Assembly (NCBI GenBank): GCA_964625145.1
Contig: CAZVAQ010000004.1
Coordinates: 1-54,354, forward strand
Direction of reading: 5' to 3'
Source of the DNA: an uncultured Candidatus Sumerlaeota bacterium
Lineage (GTDB): Bacteria > Sumerlaeota > Sumerlaeia > SLMS01 > JAHLLQ01
Length of the DNA: 54,354 nucleotides
Shown: positions 45,980 through 54,354 of the stretch, piece after piece
How the letters are laid out: each line of letters opens with the position of its first letter
How positions within the stretch are numbered: position 1 is the first letter of the stretch
Translations under genes and position numbers: made by a program
Notes under the pieces: generated by a model
The model's database searches: none
Seen by the model: only the letters and a program-made list of their open reading frames with translations
Told to the model about the DNA's origin: nothing

Positions 45980-46438
45980 ATGAAGAGACTTAATGGCACC
46001 TGCCGGGATCGGCGTTCACTTCGGGCGTTCACCTTCCTGGAGATCATGTTTGTGGTCGTGATCATCGGGATCCTGCTGGCGGTCGCCTTGCCGCGATTCT
46101 CCGGCCAGACAAACCAGGCGCGCATGCAGGCCACGCGTTTGCAGATGGGAAATATCCGCACGGCCCTGTCGCAGTTTGAAATGCACGTGGGACGGTTTCC
46201 GGACACGCGCGAGGGGCTGCAGGCGCTGGTTGTTCGCCCGAGCAATGTTTCCGAGCAGCTCTGGGAAGGGCCGTATCTGGACGCGGAGGGCGGGCAGCTC
46301 CCGACAGATGCGTGGAAGAACCCGTTCAATTACCGGTCTCCCGGCGAACACAACAAGGACTATGACCTGTGGAGTGCGGGGCCCGACGGCCGCGAGGGAA
46401 CCGAGGATGACATCACCAATTGGGGCAGCAACAAGTAG
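45980..46438 (+). CDS. gspG: type II secretion major pseudopilin GspG-like, paralog 2
   Basis: Track ORF 45674..46438; preferred start ATG 45980. LRA|FTFLEIMFVVVIIGILLAVALPRF, ...FEMHVGRFPDTREGLQALVVRP...WEGPYL...DAWKNPFNYRSPGEHNKDYDLWSAGPDGREGTEDDITNW. Confidence 0.8.
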   Translation: MKRLNGTCRDRRSLRAFTFLEIMFVVVIIGILLAVALPRFSGQTNQARMQATRLQMGNIRTALSQFEMHVGRFPDTREGLQALVVRPSNVSEQLWEGPYLDAEGGQLPTDAWKNPFNYRSPGEHNKDYDLWSAGPDGREGTEDDITNWGSNK

Positions 46439-46488
46439 CGCCAGTCCCAGTTGACGCGCATCCCTGGCCGCGGAGGGTGTGACCGCTC

Positions 46489-47232
46489 TTGCAGAATTCC
46501 GACACGCCCCAGCCGCTGCAGACATTGGTGATCATACCGACCTACAACGAGGCCGAGAACATCCGCCAACTGATTCGCGCCGTGCTGGCCCAGCCCATTC
46601 ACGCACGCGTGCTGGTGGTGGATGACGGATCGCCCGATGGCACGGCGGATTTGGTGGCGCGAATGGCGGCGAAAGCACCCGGCCGCGTCGACGTATTGCG
46701 TCGGCCCGCGAAGATGGGTCTGGGCACGGCCTATCTGGCGGGATTTCGACGGGCCATGGAGGAAGGCGCGGATCTGGCCATCACCATGGACGCGGATTTG
46801 TCGCATCACCCGAAGCATCTGGTGGAGATGGTGCACGTGGCGCAGATGGCGGACCTGGTCATCGGTTCGCGCTATGTTGCCGGCGGACGCATCGAGGGTG
46901 CTTGGGGATGGCATCGCCATTTGCTGAGCTGGATGGCGAACACGCTCGCCCGCAAGGTGCTGGGCCTGAGCGCGCGAGACACCACCAGCGGCTATCGTTG
47001 CTATCGCACGGAGCTGCTGCGAAAGCTGGATCTGGATGGGATCCGTTCGCATGGTTACAGCTGCCTGATGGAGCTGTTGTCGTTGGCGCAGGGGGCGGGT
47101 GCACGCATTCGCGAGGTGCCGATCGTGTTCGTCGACCGCCGGGCGGGACAGTCCAAGATTTCCCACCGCGAGATTGGCAAGGCACTGGCCACATTGTGGA
47201 GACTGAAGCGACAGAGAGGCATGACCACATGA
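46489..47232 (+). CDS. polyprenol-phosphate mannosyltransferase (Dpm1/Ppm1-like GT2)
   Basis: LVIIPTYNEAENIRQLI...VLVVDDGSPDGTADLV...ITMDADLSHHP...IGSRYV.GG. TTG start. Confidence 0.8.
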   Translation: MQNSDTPQPLQTLVIIPTYNEAENIRQLIRAVLAQPIHARVLVVDDGSPDGTADLVARMAAKAPGRVDVLRRPAKMGLGTAYLAGFRRAMEEGADLAITMDADLSHHPKHLVEMVHVAQMADLVIGSRYVAGGRIEGAWGWHRHLLSWMANTLARKVLGLSARDTTSGYRCYRTELLRKLDLDGIRSHGYSCLMELLSLAQGAGARIREVPIVFVDRRAGQSKISHREIGKALATLWRLKRQRGMTT

Positions 47233-48074
47233 CGATCGTCTCATGGAGTGACCCCGAAACATACCGCACCGTATTGGCCGAATCGACCGATGCGTTGGCG
47301 GGGCAGATTGGCAAGCCGCCGGAGGTGGTGGTTGTTGCCGGCAGTGGCTTGGGGGGTTTTGCGAAGCGCCTAAAGGTGGACACGCAGATTTCCTACGAGG
47401 CGATCCCGCATTTCCCGCGCGCGACGGTGCAGGGGCACGAGGGTGTGTTGGCGATGGCCGATGCGGCAGGCAAGCGCGTGGCTGTGATGAGTGGTCGAAA
47501 GCATCTGTACGAGGGTGTCGAGACGATCGTTGCCATTCATCCGCTGCGCACGTTGCTGAACTTGGGCGCGAAGGTCATCATCCTCAGCAATGCGGCGGGC
47601 GCGTTGAACCGATTTTTCACGCCGGGCGATTTGATGCTGATCACCGATCATGTGAATTTCCAGTTCCGCTCGGCATTGATGGGGCCGAATCTGGATTCCA
47701 TCGGCCCGCGATTCCCTGACATGTCGGAACCGTACAACAGGGGATTGCAGCAATTGGCGCGGGAGGTTGCGCTGGAGCAGAAGCTGGCGCTAAAGGAGGG
47801 CGTGTACGTTGCGGTCACGGGGCCGAGCTACGAGACCCAGGCGGAAGTCCAGATGTTCCGCGGAATCGCCGACGCTGTCGGCATGTCAACGGTGCCGGAG
47901 ACGACGGCCGCTGTCCATGCGGGTGCGCGGGTGCTGGGTATATCCGCCATCACGAACAGCCTGGTGTTGAGGACTGACACCGTGACCACGCACGAGGAGG
48001 TCATGGAGACGGGCCGGCGTGTTGCTGCCGCGTTTGGCGATCTGGTGGAGGGAATTATCCGGCGGCTCGATTGA
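47229..48074 (+). CDS. purine nucleoside phosphorylase (trimeric PNP/MTAP family)
   Basis: Track ORF 46902..48074. Preferred start ATG 47229 overlaps the upstream stop (ATGA). VVVAGSGLGGFA...IPHFPRATVQGHEGVL...SGRKHLYEG...VTGPSYETQAE...GADAVGMSTVPE. Confidence 0.85.
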   Translation: MTIVSWSDPETYRTVLAESTDALAGQIGKPPEVVVVAGSGLGGFAKRLKVDTQISYEAIPHFPRATVQGHEGVLAMADAAGKRVAVMSGRKHLYEGVETIVAIHPLRTLLNLGAKVIILSNAAGALNRFFTPGDLMLITDHVNFQFRSALMGPNLDSIGPRFPDMSEPYNRGLQQLAREVALEQKLALKEGVYVAVTGPSYETQAEVQMFRGIADAVGMSTVPETTAAVHAGARVLGISAITNSLVLRTDTVTTHEEVMETGRRVAAAFGDLVEGIIRRLD

Positions 48075-48168
48075 GGCAGTGCGCTTTGCCCTTGAGCCAG
48101 TGGGGACGGCATCGTCATGCAGCGGTTGTGGTCCGCGGCAATGAGTCATAGGATAACCGAGCACAGGA

Positions 48169-49131
48169 ATGATCCAAGCTGAAGCCCTGACAAAAGATTA
48201 CGGCAGTCGCCGCGTCCTCGATCGGATTTCGTTCGAGGTGCCGCAGGGCGCGGTCTTGGGATTTCTGGGGCCAAACGGCGCGGGGAAGACCACCACGATG
48301 CGCATCCTGACGGGATTGGCGCGGGCGACATCGGGGCGGGTGCGCATTGGCGGATTCGATGTCGTGCGCCAGCAACGCGATGTGGCGCGGATCCTGGGCT
48401 ATTTGCCAGAGGACGCGCCGCTGTATCCGGAGATGCGCGTGGAGTCCTATCTGGCGACGATGGCGGCGCTGAAGGAGATTCCGGCGCGAAAAGTGAAGTC
48501 CGAAGTGGATCGCGTGTTGTCGGAGACGGATCTGCAGAAGTGGCGCAAGCGGCTGATCTCCAACATATCGAAGGGGACGCGCCAACGCGTCGGCATCGCG
48601 CAGGCTTTGTTGGGCGATCCGAAGGTGCTGGTTCTTGACGAGCCGACAGTGGGCCTGGATCCCGGCCAGATCAGCGACATCCGCTCGCTGATTGCGCGCA
48701 TGCGGGGATCAAAGACGGTGATCTTCTCCACGCACATCCTGCCCAATGTGTCGATGGTCTGTTCGCATGTGGTCATCCTCAACCACGGCCGCGTCGTTGT
48801 GCAGGGACCCGTGAACCAGATTGGCGGAGGCGACGGAAAGCGCCGCGTCATCATGCGCACACGCGGTTCGAGCGATGAGTGGATTGCCACGGTTGATGCG
48901 CGGATGAAGGAATTGGCCGGTGCCAGCGAGCTGCAACGCGTCGGCGAGGAGACGTTGTTGACGCTGACCTTCCCCGCAAATGGCGCGGATCCGCGCGGCG
49001 CCCTGGCGCAGAAGGCCATCGAGTGCGGACTGGAATTGTTGGAGCTTCGCGAGGCGGAGAACAGCCTGGAGGATTTCTTCCTCCGCGCCATCAGCCAGGC
49101 GCCCGCGGAGTCGGGAGGCCAGGTGACATGA
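48169..49131 (+). CDS. ABC transporter ATP-binding protein (GldA-like, ABC-2 type)
   Basis: Walker A GPNGAGKTTT, signature SKGTRQRVGIAQA, Walker B VLVLDEPTVGLDP. Confidence 0.85.
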   Translation: MIQAEALTKDYGSRRVLDRISFEVPQGAVLGFLGPNGAGKTTTMRILTGLARATSGRVRIGGFDVVRQQRDVARILGYLPEDAPLYPEMRVESYLATMAALKEIPARKVKSEVDRVLSETDLQKWRKRLISNISKGTRQRVGIAQALLGDPKVLVLDEPTVGLDPGQISDIRSLIARMRGSKTVIFSTHILPNVSMVCSHVVILNHGRVVVQGPVNQIGGGDGKRRVIMRTRGSSDEWIATVDARMKELAGASELQRVGEETLLTLTFPANGADPRGALAQKAIECGLELLELREAENSLEDFFLRAISQAPAESGGQVT

Positions 49132-49901
49132 TGCAACACGCGAGGGCCACGTTGGTCGTGATGCGCCGCGATTTGGGGCAGTTGTTCGGCACTCCCCTGC
49201 TGTGGGTGCTCATGGGGGTGTTCTTCATCGCGACGGGGATGGTGTATCTGTCGCTCCTGCTCGGCTTCATCGACGATGCCGTGCGCGAGGAGTATGAGAT
49301 CAGCGTCAACATCACGATCGGCGTGATCGAGCCGATCTGCTGGACGATTCACTTCTTCCTGTTGGTGCAGGTGCCGCTGCTGACGATGCGCACGATCGCC
49401 GAGGAAAGGCGGATGGGGACGATGAACCTGCTGCGCACGTTGCCGGTTGGTGATTGGCCGGTAATCATCGGCAAGTGGCTCGCCAACAGCATCGCCCTAT
49501 TGTTCTACCTGTCCATCACGCTGGTCTTTCCAATCATCACGTCGATCCTGAGCGATCCTGAATGGCCCGTGATCATCGCGAGCTACATCGCCCTGGCTAT
49601 GGTGACCTTCTCGTACACGGCGCTGGGCGTCTTCTACTCCAGCCTGACGGACTCGCAGGTCGTCGCCGCGGTGCTGACCTTCGTGACGCTTTTTGCGATG
49701 CTCGTGTTCTCACAGCTCGCCGATGCCTTTGGCTCCGCCGACTTGAGCCTGCTGGCAAATCACCTCACATTCATGGCGCAGTTGGAGGGCTTCTTCAAAG
49801 GAAACATCGCGTCCGAGAACATCGTCTACTTTGTGCTCTTCACGTCACTATTCCTGTTCTTCGGTGTGCGGCAGATGGAGTCCCTGAGGTGGAGGGCCTG
49901 A
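49128..49901 (+). CDS. ABC-2 type permease (GldF-like)
   Basis: Track ORF 49023..49901. Preferred start ATG 49128 overlaps the ATPase stop (ATGA). About 6 hydrophobic helices. Confidence 0.7.
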   Translation: MMQHARATLVVMRRDLGQLFGTPLLWVLMGVFFIATGMVYLSLLLGFIDDAVREEYEISVNITIGVIEPICWTIHFFLLVQVPLLTMRTIAEERRMGTMNLLRTLPVGDWPVIIGKWLANSIALLFYLSITLVFPIITSILSDPEWPVIIASYIALAMVTFSYTALGVFYSSLTDSQVVAAVLTFVTLFAMLVFSQLADAFGSADLSLLANHLTFMAQLEGFFKGNIASENIVYFVLFTSLFLFFGVRQMESLRWRA

Positions 49902-49905
49902 CATC

Positions 49906-51480
49906 ATGACACGATCTCCCCTGCTTCAACTTCTCGTGCCCGCACTGGGACTGCTCATGCTCCTGGGAGTGCTTGTCTATGGGGCGTGGCTTGGCGCCTT
50001 TCCGGGGTGGTTGCTTGGCATGGGTGGATGTGCGCTCGGGGTACTGCTGCTGGGGATATTCTGGCAGCAGGCGGGGAACCTGGGGCTGACGATCACCTCG
50101 CTGACTTATTGTTTCTTCGTCGCCTTGAGCGCGATATTCATCTACCTGTTGGCAGCAAACAATTCGGAGCCGTGGGACATCACGCGGTCGAAACTGCACA
50201 CGCTCTCGCCTCAGACGCAGGCATTCCTGGAGTATCTCGAGGCGCCCATCGAAATTGCCGTCTTTGCCGAGCCAAGAGAACATGCGGAACTGCGTCGCGT
50301 CTTGTCGCTCTATGAGCAGAACTCCGACCGTATCAGGACCGGACTCTTCAACCCTGACGAGGACGTGACCGTCGCGCGCGAGTTTGGCTCCGTGGTCATG
50401 CCGGGCGATGCCTTCGCAACCGTCTACGGGGCCGATGGCGTCCAGCGTCGCGAGAAGTTCAACCTGCGCGCCAGCGACCGGCTCATTGAGAGCAAGATCA
50501 CCAACGCATTGCTGCGCGTTGAGTCCACCAGCGACGACAAGATCTACTTTGCCCAAGGGAAGGGCATGAGGCCGTTGGCAACGGATGAGAATCGTCAATC
50601 GAACCAACCGGATCTCGCGCTGGGCGAGATGGCGCGCTTCATCAGCGAATCCGGCGTCGCGGTGGATGTCTTGGGCCTGCAGGGCCTTCGCGAAGTCCCT
50701 GAAGACGCGTCCCTCGTGGTCCTGCCCTCCCCCACCATCGACCTGTTCGATCCCGAGCTGGAGGTCCTCATTGATTATCTCGATGAGGGCGGCGCGCTGA
50801 TGATCTTTGTGGAGCCACTGGCGGTGGCTCGTGGAATGCCAAACTTTGACAAGCTGATCGAGCACGTGGGCGTTTCCGCCCCGAACTCTGTCCTGATCGA
50901 TCCCTTGGGGACTCCGCCACGGATCATTCACGCCGCCACGGCGGGCGATCATGTGATCGGGCGCAATCTTGGCAGCATTTCGCTGCGCTTTGATTTCGTC
51001 CGCCCGGTCGAAGCTGATCCGAATCTGTCGGACCGCGATGTCATCGCCGACATTTTGCTCTACACCCGCCCGGAGGTTTGGTCGGAGGACACACGCTTGC
51101 TGGCAGCGCAGCAGGGCCAGGTGCAACCGCCCAGCGATCCCTCGCGTGTTCGCGAGCACGGCCTCGCGGTTGCAGCTTCGTACCCGACACCGGAAGGCCC
51201 ACGCGGTGAAATGGCGCGCGCGGTCGTCTTTGGCGACGTGGATTTCGTCGGCAATGCGCTGTTGGATCTATCGGACGCGCGCGTGTTGATCCTGCATTCC
51301 GTGAACTGGCTCACCGCGCGGGAGGAACGCATCCAGGTGCCGCCACGCTTGGTGGACGCCTCGGTATTGCACCTGACGCAGGGGCGCTACTGGACTGTAA
51401 TGGGGACGTTGTTGCTGATCGGACTGGGTCTGCTCGTGGGTGGCGTGTCGTACACCGTGGTTCGCAAGAGGTTCGGATGA
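49906..51480 (+). CDS. GldG-like ABC-transport auxiliary component
   Basis: 524-aa ORF with N-terminal TM helices, a single C-terminal TM helix and a large middle domain (...LVVLPSPTIDLFDPELEVLIDYLDEGGALMIFVEP...). This is the usual layout of GldG/ABC_transp_aux proteins. Confidence 0.65.
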   Translation: MTRSPLLQLLVPALGLLMLLGVLVYGAWLGAFPGWLLGMGGCALGVLLLGIFWQQAGNLGLTITSLTYCFFVALSAIFIYLLAANNSEPWDITRSKLHTLSPQTQAFLEYLEAPIEIAVFAEPREHAELRRVLSLYEQNSDRIRTGLFNPDEDVTVAREFGSVVMPGDAFATVYGADGVQRREKFNLRASDRLIESKITNALLRVESTSDDKIYFAQGKGMRPLATDENRQSNQPDLALGEMARFISESGVAVDVLGLQGLREVPEDASLVVLPSPTIDLFDPELEVLIDYLDEGGALMIFVEPLAVARGMPNFDKLIEHVGVSAPNSVLIDPLGTPPRIIHAATAGDHVIGRNLGSISLRFDFVRPVEADPNLSDRDVIADILLYTRPEVWSEDTRLLAAQQGQVQPPSDPSRVREHGLAVAASYPTPEGPRGEMARAVVFGDVDFVGNALLDLSDARVLILHSVNWLTAREERIQVPPRLVDASVLHLTQGRYWTVMGTLLLIGLGLLVGGVSYTVVRKRFG

Positions 51481-53264
51481 CTTTCTGGAAGCCGCTCATC
51501 GCCGCGCTCATCGCCGCCGCCCTGTTCGGCGCGTACATCGTTGATCGCAACCAGCGAATTGCCGCGGAGAAATCCAACGTGGATGCCGGCCGGATCATGC
51601 CGTTTGATTTCGCCGGTTCCACGCGGCTGACCATCAATGGTGAGAATGGCCGGTTCGTCGTGGAGAAGCAGGACGACGGCATCTGGTACCTGGTCGAGCC
51701 TGTCCGTCACAGGGCCGATGAAGACCGCATCCAGACGATCATCGACAATGTGCACGCCAGCAAGAAGTCCAATCCATTTCCCGCACGGGACCTGGACGAG
51801 TATGGCCTCGATCCCGCGGAAGCCAGCATCACCATTGAGGGCATTGACACAAGGAATGGCCAACCGCACACGGCAACAGTCCTGATCGGCACCAACGCGC
51901 CACGCTTGTCGCGCGTGTATGCGATGGTCGAAGGCGAGAACGTCATCTTCACTGCGCTGGAGACGCTGCGCAACCAGTCGCGCGTGAAGCTCGACGACCT
52001 GCGCGACCGGCGCCTGATTCACTTCTCGCCGGATGCTACAACGGCTTTGGAAATTGGTCTTCCATCCGGGCCCTTCACCATCGCGCGCGATGAGTCAGGC
52101 CGGTGGATGATGGAAGATGGCACGACGCCGGCAAACCGCACCATGGTGGAGGCGGCGCTGAACCAACTGGCGCAGTTGCGGGTGCTTCGAGTCTTGGATG
52201 GCGAGGAGAAGCCAAGCCCGGAAGAGACCGGTCTGGACGAACCGTCTGCAATGTCCGTGAGTGTCACGACCGACCAGGGCAAATCATCCATCACGATCGG
52301 CAAGCGGGCACCGGGCGAGGAACTGTTCTTTGCCACGGGCGATTCACTCGAAGGCGGAGTGGGGATCGTGCGCGTGCGCGATGTGTCGACTTTCATCCAA
52401 CCCCGCAGCGAATGGGTCACGCCACGTTTCCTTTGGGCCCGGCCCGATGAGATTGAGATGTTGGAGATTCATTTCAGCACATCGAAGTTCGTCGTGGAGC
52501 GTGGAGCAGACGGCGTCTGGCGCTTCGAGGACCAGCCGGACAGTCCTGTTCATCCCGGTCGCATCGAAAGGCTGCTCGAGAATCTTGGGTCATTGGTGGG
52601 GAAGCAGCTCGTCGCCAGCAGCGTCACTCGCGATCAAATGCGCGAGTTGTTCGGCGTGCGCGACGAATCATCCCAATTGTTTGCCATCATGCCCGACGGC
52701 CGAACGGAGGGCTACATCATGGGGCGTACGGTTCCATCGGAGCTGACGCAGTACCTGGTGCGAATCCAGGACAACTCCGTGTGGACGATCGACATGGGGA
52801 CCATGCATCTCTACATCGCCGACCGCAGCGACCTGCGCGACAATCGCATCCGGCATGGTTTCGCCGCGAATGTGGCCCGCGTTGTGTTCAGCACGGATCG
52901 CGGCGCCATCGAATTGTCCAAGGAGACGAGGGCGTGGCGCCTGAATCTGGCAGGGGGCCGCCGGCAAGTGATCCCGGACCACCTGGTGGAGCAGTTCCTG
53001 ACGGCTTCGGAGGAACTTTCACGCAGCGCGGAAGTCTATACTGCGACTGCGCCACCGATCGAGTTCCGTGTGCGGTATGAGGATGCCAACGGCAGCGTGC
53101 TCCACGAGCTGGCCGTGCACCAGCGCGAGGAAGACTCCTCCAGCATCTATGTGACAGCGGACGGTGTGCTTTACGAGTTGATCACAGAGAGTTATGTGCG
53201 CTTCCAGAAGGCAAGCGACGATCTGGTTTTGACGGGTCAGCAGTTGTCGGAGCAGCAGAAATAG
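51477..53264 (+). CDS. DUF4340-like protein (N-terminal anchor, repeated beta-rich modules)
   Basis: 595-aa ORF. ATGA overlap with the gldG-like gene. N-terminal TM MTFWKPLIAALIAAALFGAYIV. The gene position after gldG and the repetitive ...W.L..P... modules fit DUF4340, from memory. Confidence 0.5.
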   Translation: MTFWKPLIAALIAAALFGAYIVDRNQRIAAEKSNVDAGRIMPFDFAGSTRLTINGENGRFVVEKQDDGIWYLVEPVRHRADEDRIQTIIDNVHASKKSNPFPARDLDEYGLDPAEASITIEGIDTRNGQPHTATVLIGTNAPRLSRVYAMVEGENVIFTALETLRNQSRVKLDDLRDRRLIHFSPDATTALEIGLPSGPFTIARDESGRWMMEDGTTPANRTMVEAALNQLAQLRVLRVLDGEEKPSPEETGLDEPSAMSVSVTTDQGKSSITIGKRAPGEELFFATGDSLEGGVGIVRVRDVSTFIQPRSEWVTPRFLWARPDEIEMLEIHFSTSKFVVERGADGVWRFEDQPDSPVHPGRIERLLENLGSLVGKQLVASSVTRDQMRELFGVRDESSQLFAIMPDGRTEGYIMGRTVPSELTQYLVRIQDNSVWTIDMGTMHLYIADRSDLRDNRIRHGFAANVARVVFSTDRGAIELSKETRAWRLNLAGGRRQVIPDHLVEQFLTASEELSRSAEVYTATAPPIEFRVRYEDANGSVLHELAVHQREEDSSSIYVTADGVLYELITESYVRFQKASDDLVLTGQQLSEQQK

Positions 53265-53422
53265 AGTTGTTGCTGGTCCATGTTCAACCCGGCATCGCCC
53301 TATCGTGCCGATGCCGGACTGTCAAAATATGATCCCTGCCGGGATCGTCCCAGGTTGGGAATCGCGTGTGACATCTTCGGCCGAGCGCATTCTACATTGC
53401 TCACAATGGAACGCATAACGCC

Positions 53423-53941
53423 CTAGCGATTCATCTCCCAGACCAAGTGCCGCAATTCGGGGATGATGAGTTTGGTCATGGCGACTTCGACCGCGTTGGT
53501 GCTGCCCGGTGTGGAGAAGATGACGACGCGGCCGATCAGACCCGCGGTGGCGCGGGAGAGCATCGCGGCGGGGCCGACTTCCTGCCACGAGAGCATGCGA
53601 AACAATTCGCCAAACCCGGGCAGGGGGCGCTCGATGAGTGAGGAGAGCGTCTCGAAGGTACCATCGCGCGGGGCGATGCCCGTGCCGCCGTTGCAGATGA
53701 TGACCTGAACCTGTCCTGCGTTGCACAATTCGATGACCCGCTCGCGAATCAGCGCCGGTTCATCCGGCAGGATGCGCTGAAAGCTGACGGTGTTGCCGTC
53801 TTCCTCCAGCAATTGCCGGATTAGGGCGCCACTCTTGTCGGTCTCGGGCGTGCGGGTGTCGCTGATTGTCAAAACGGCCGCCCTGACGCAGGGCAGGGCG
53901 GCCGCTTGGGATCGATGCTGGCTCGTGGATTCGGAAGCCAT
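53423..53941 (-). CDS. moaB: molybdenum cofactor biosynthesis protein B (MoaB/MogA fold)
   Basis: VLTISDTRTPETDKSGALI...ICNGGTGIAPRDGTFE...PGFGELFR...GSTNAV. The start overlaps the acs stop by 1 nt. Confidence 0.8.
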   Translation of the reverse strand: MASESTSQHRSQAAALPCVRAAVLTISDTRTPETDKSGALIRQLLEEDGNTVSFQRILPDEPALIRERVIELCNAGQVQVIICNGGTGIAPRDGTFETLSSLIERPLPGFGELFRMLSWQEVGPAAMLSRATAGLIGRVVIFSTPGSTNAVEVAMTKLIIPELRHLVWEMNR

Positions 53942-54354
53942 CAGTCGCCGAACTTCTCCTCGTAGCTGGAGCGGACCATCTCGACGACCGACGGATCGGC
54001 CAGCGTGGTGGTGTCGCCCAGCATGCGGCCTTCTGCGATGTCGCGCAGCAGGCGGCGCATGATCTTGCCAGAGCGTGTCTTGGGCAGATCGGCGGCGAGG
54101 ATGATTTCCTCCGGCCGCGCGATGGCGCCGATCTTTTCCGCGACGTGCTTCTTCAGGATGTCGACGGTCTTGTCGGTCTTCTGGGCGCGGGCCTTGAGCG
54201 TCACAAACGCGACGATGGCCTGGCCCTTGATCTCATGGGCGCGGCCCACGACGGCGGCTTCCGCCACGTCCGGGTGATCGACCAAAGCGGATTCGACCTC
54301 CATGGTACCGATGCGGTGACCGGAGACATTGAGCACGTCGTCCACGCGGCCGAG
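53941..54354 (-). CDS. acs: acetyl-CoA synthetase, C-terminal ~137 codons; N-terminus beyond window end
   Basis: ...[45 protein letters not shown]...[18 protein letters not shown]. The reading frame stays open to base 54354. Confidence 0.9.
   Translation of the reverse strand, partial: LGRVDDVLNVSGHRIGTMEVESALVDHPDVAEAAVVGRAHEIKGQAIVAFVTLKARAQKTDKTVDILKKHVAEKIGAIARPEEIILAADLPKTRSGKIMRRLLRDIAEGRMLGDTTTLADPSVVEMVRSSYEEKFGD

Noticed and set aside
53289-53317. Perfect 9-bp hairpin CCGGCATCG...CGATGCCGG between the DUF4340-like gene and moaB
   Set aside because: The loop is long and there is no U-tract on either strand. It could be a weak terminator, but the evidence is insufficient to call one.
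1-54354. Scan for CRISPR arrays, rRNA genes, integrases, toxin-antitoxin pairs and known anti-phage defence genes
   Set aside because: I found no regularly spaced direct repeats with unique spacers, no rRNA-like segments, and no nuclease, helicase, Sir2, TIR, reverse-transcriptase or integrase signatures in any credible ORF.

Overview
GC-rich, densely coding bacterial chromosomal segment: 44 protein-coding genes called, 2 tRNAs, 1 transposase relic. It contains dnaA and a probable oriC. Most genes are housekeeping (lpdA, ilvE, rsmB, ltaE, engB, grpE, mqnA, trmD, hisF, gltX, dnaA, purine nucleoside phosphorylase, moaB, acs), interspersed with envelope and secretion genes. Several features suggest a PVC-superphylum host (Verrucomicrobiota/Planctomycetota-like), by inference only: repeated prepilin-type pseudopilin genes, futalosine-pathway mqnA, a bS22-like micro-ORF and CTCCGTG/CCGTGGTTAAT intergenic repeats. 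I see no rRNA, CRISPR array, intact transposase or integrase, prophage or recognisable anti-phage defence genes. Many long ORFs in the track are antisense shadows typical of GC-rich DNA and were discarded. Two loci are the best candidates for something undescribed. (1) An orphan GspI/J/K-like minor-pseudopilin triad with a 765-aa K-like subunit and a sigma54-type promoter match (24261-28081). (2) A 1368-aa membrane protein that fuses a catalytically degenerate CapD/PglF-like domain, an acidic linker and two GT2-like domains. It is translationally coupled to two tandem lipoprotein HlyD-type adaptor paralogs, with no pump or outer-membrane partner nearby (28635-35654). Secondary observations: an untracked 28-aa bS22-like gene, tandem gspG paralogs directly behind dnaA, REP/MITE-like inverted repeats, a 7x nonamer array, an IS256-family relic, an orphan ABC ATPase, and a tightly coupled GldA/F/G-like plus DUF4340-like operon.
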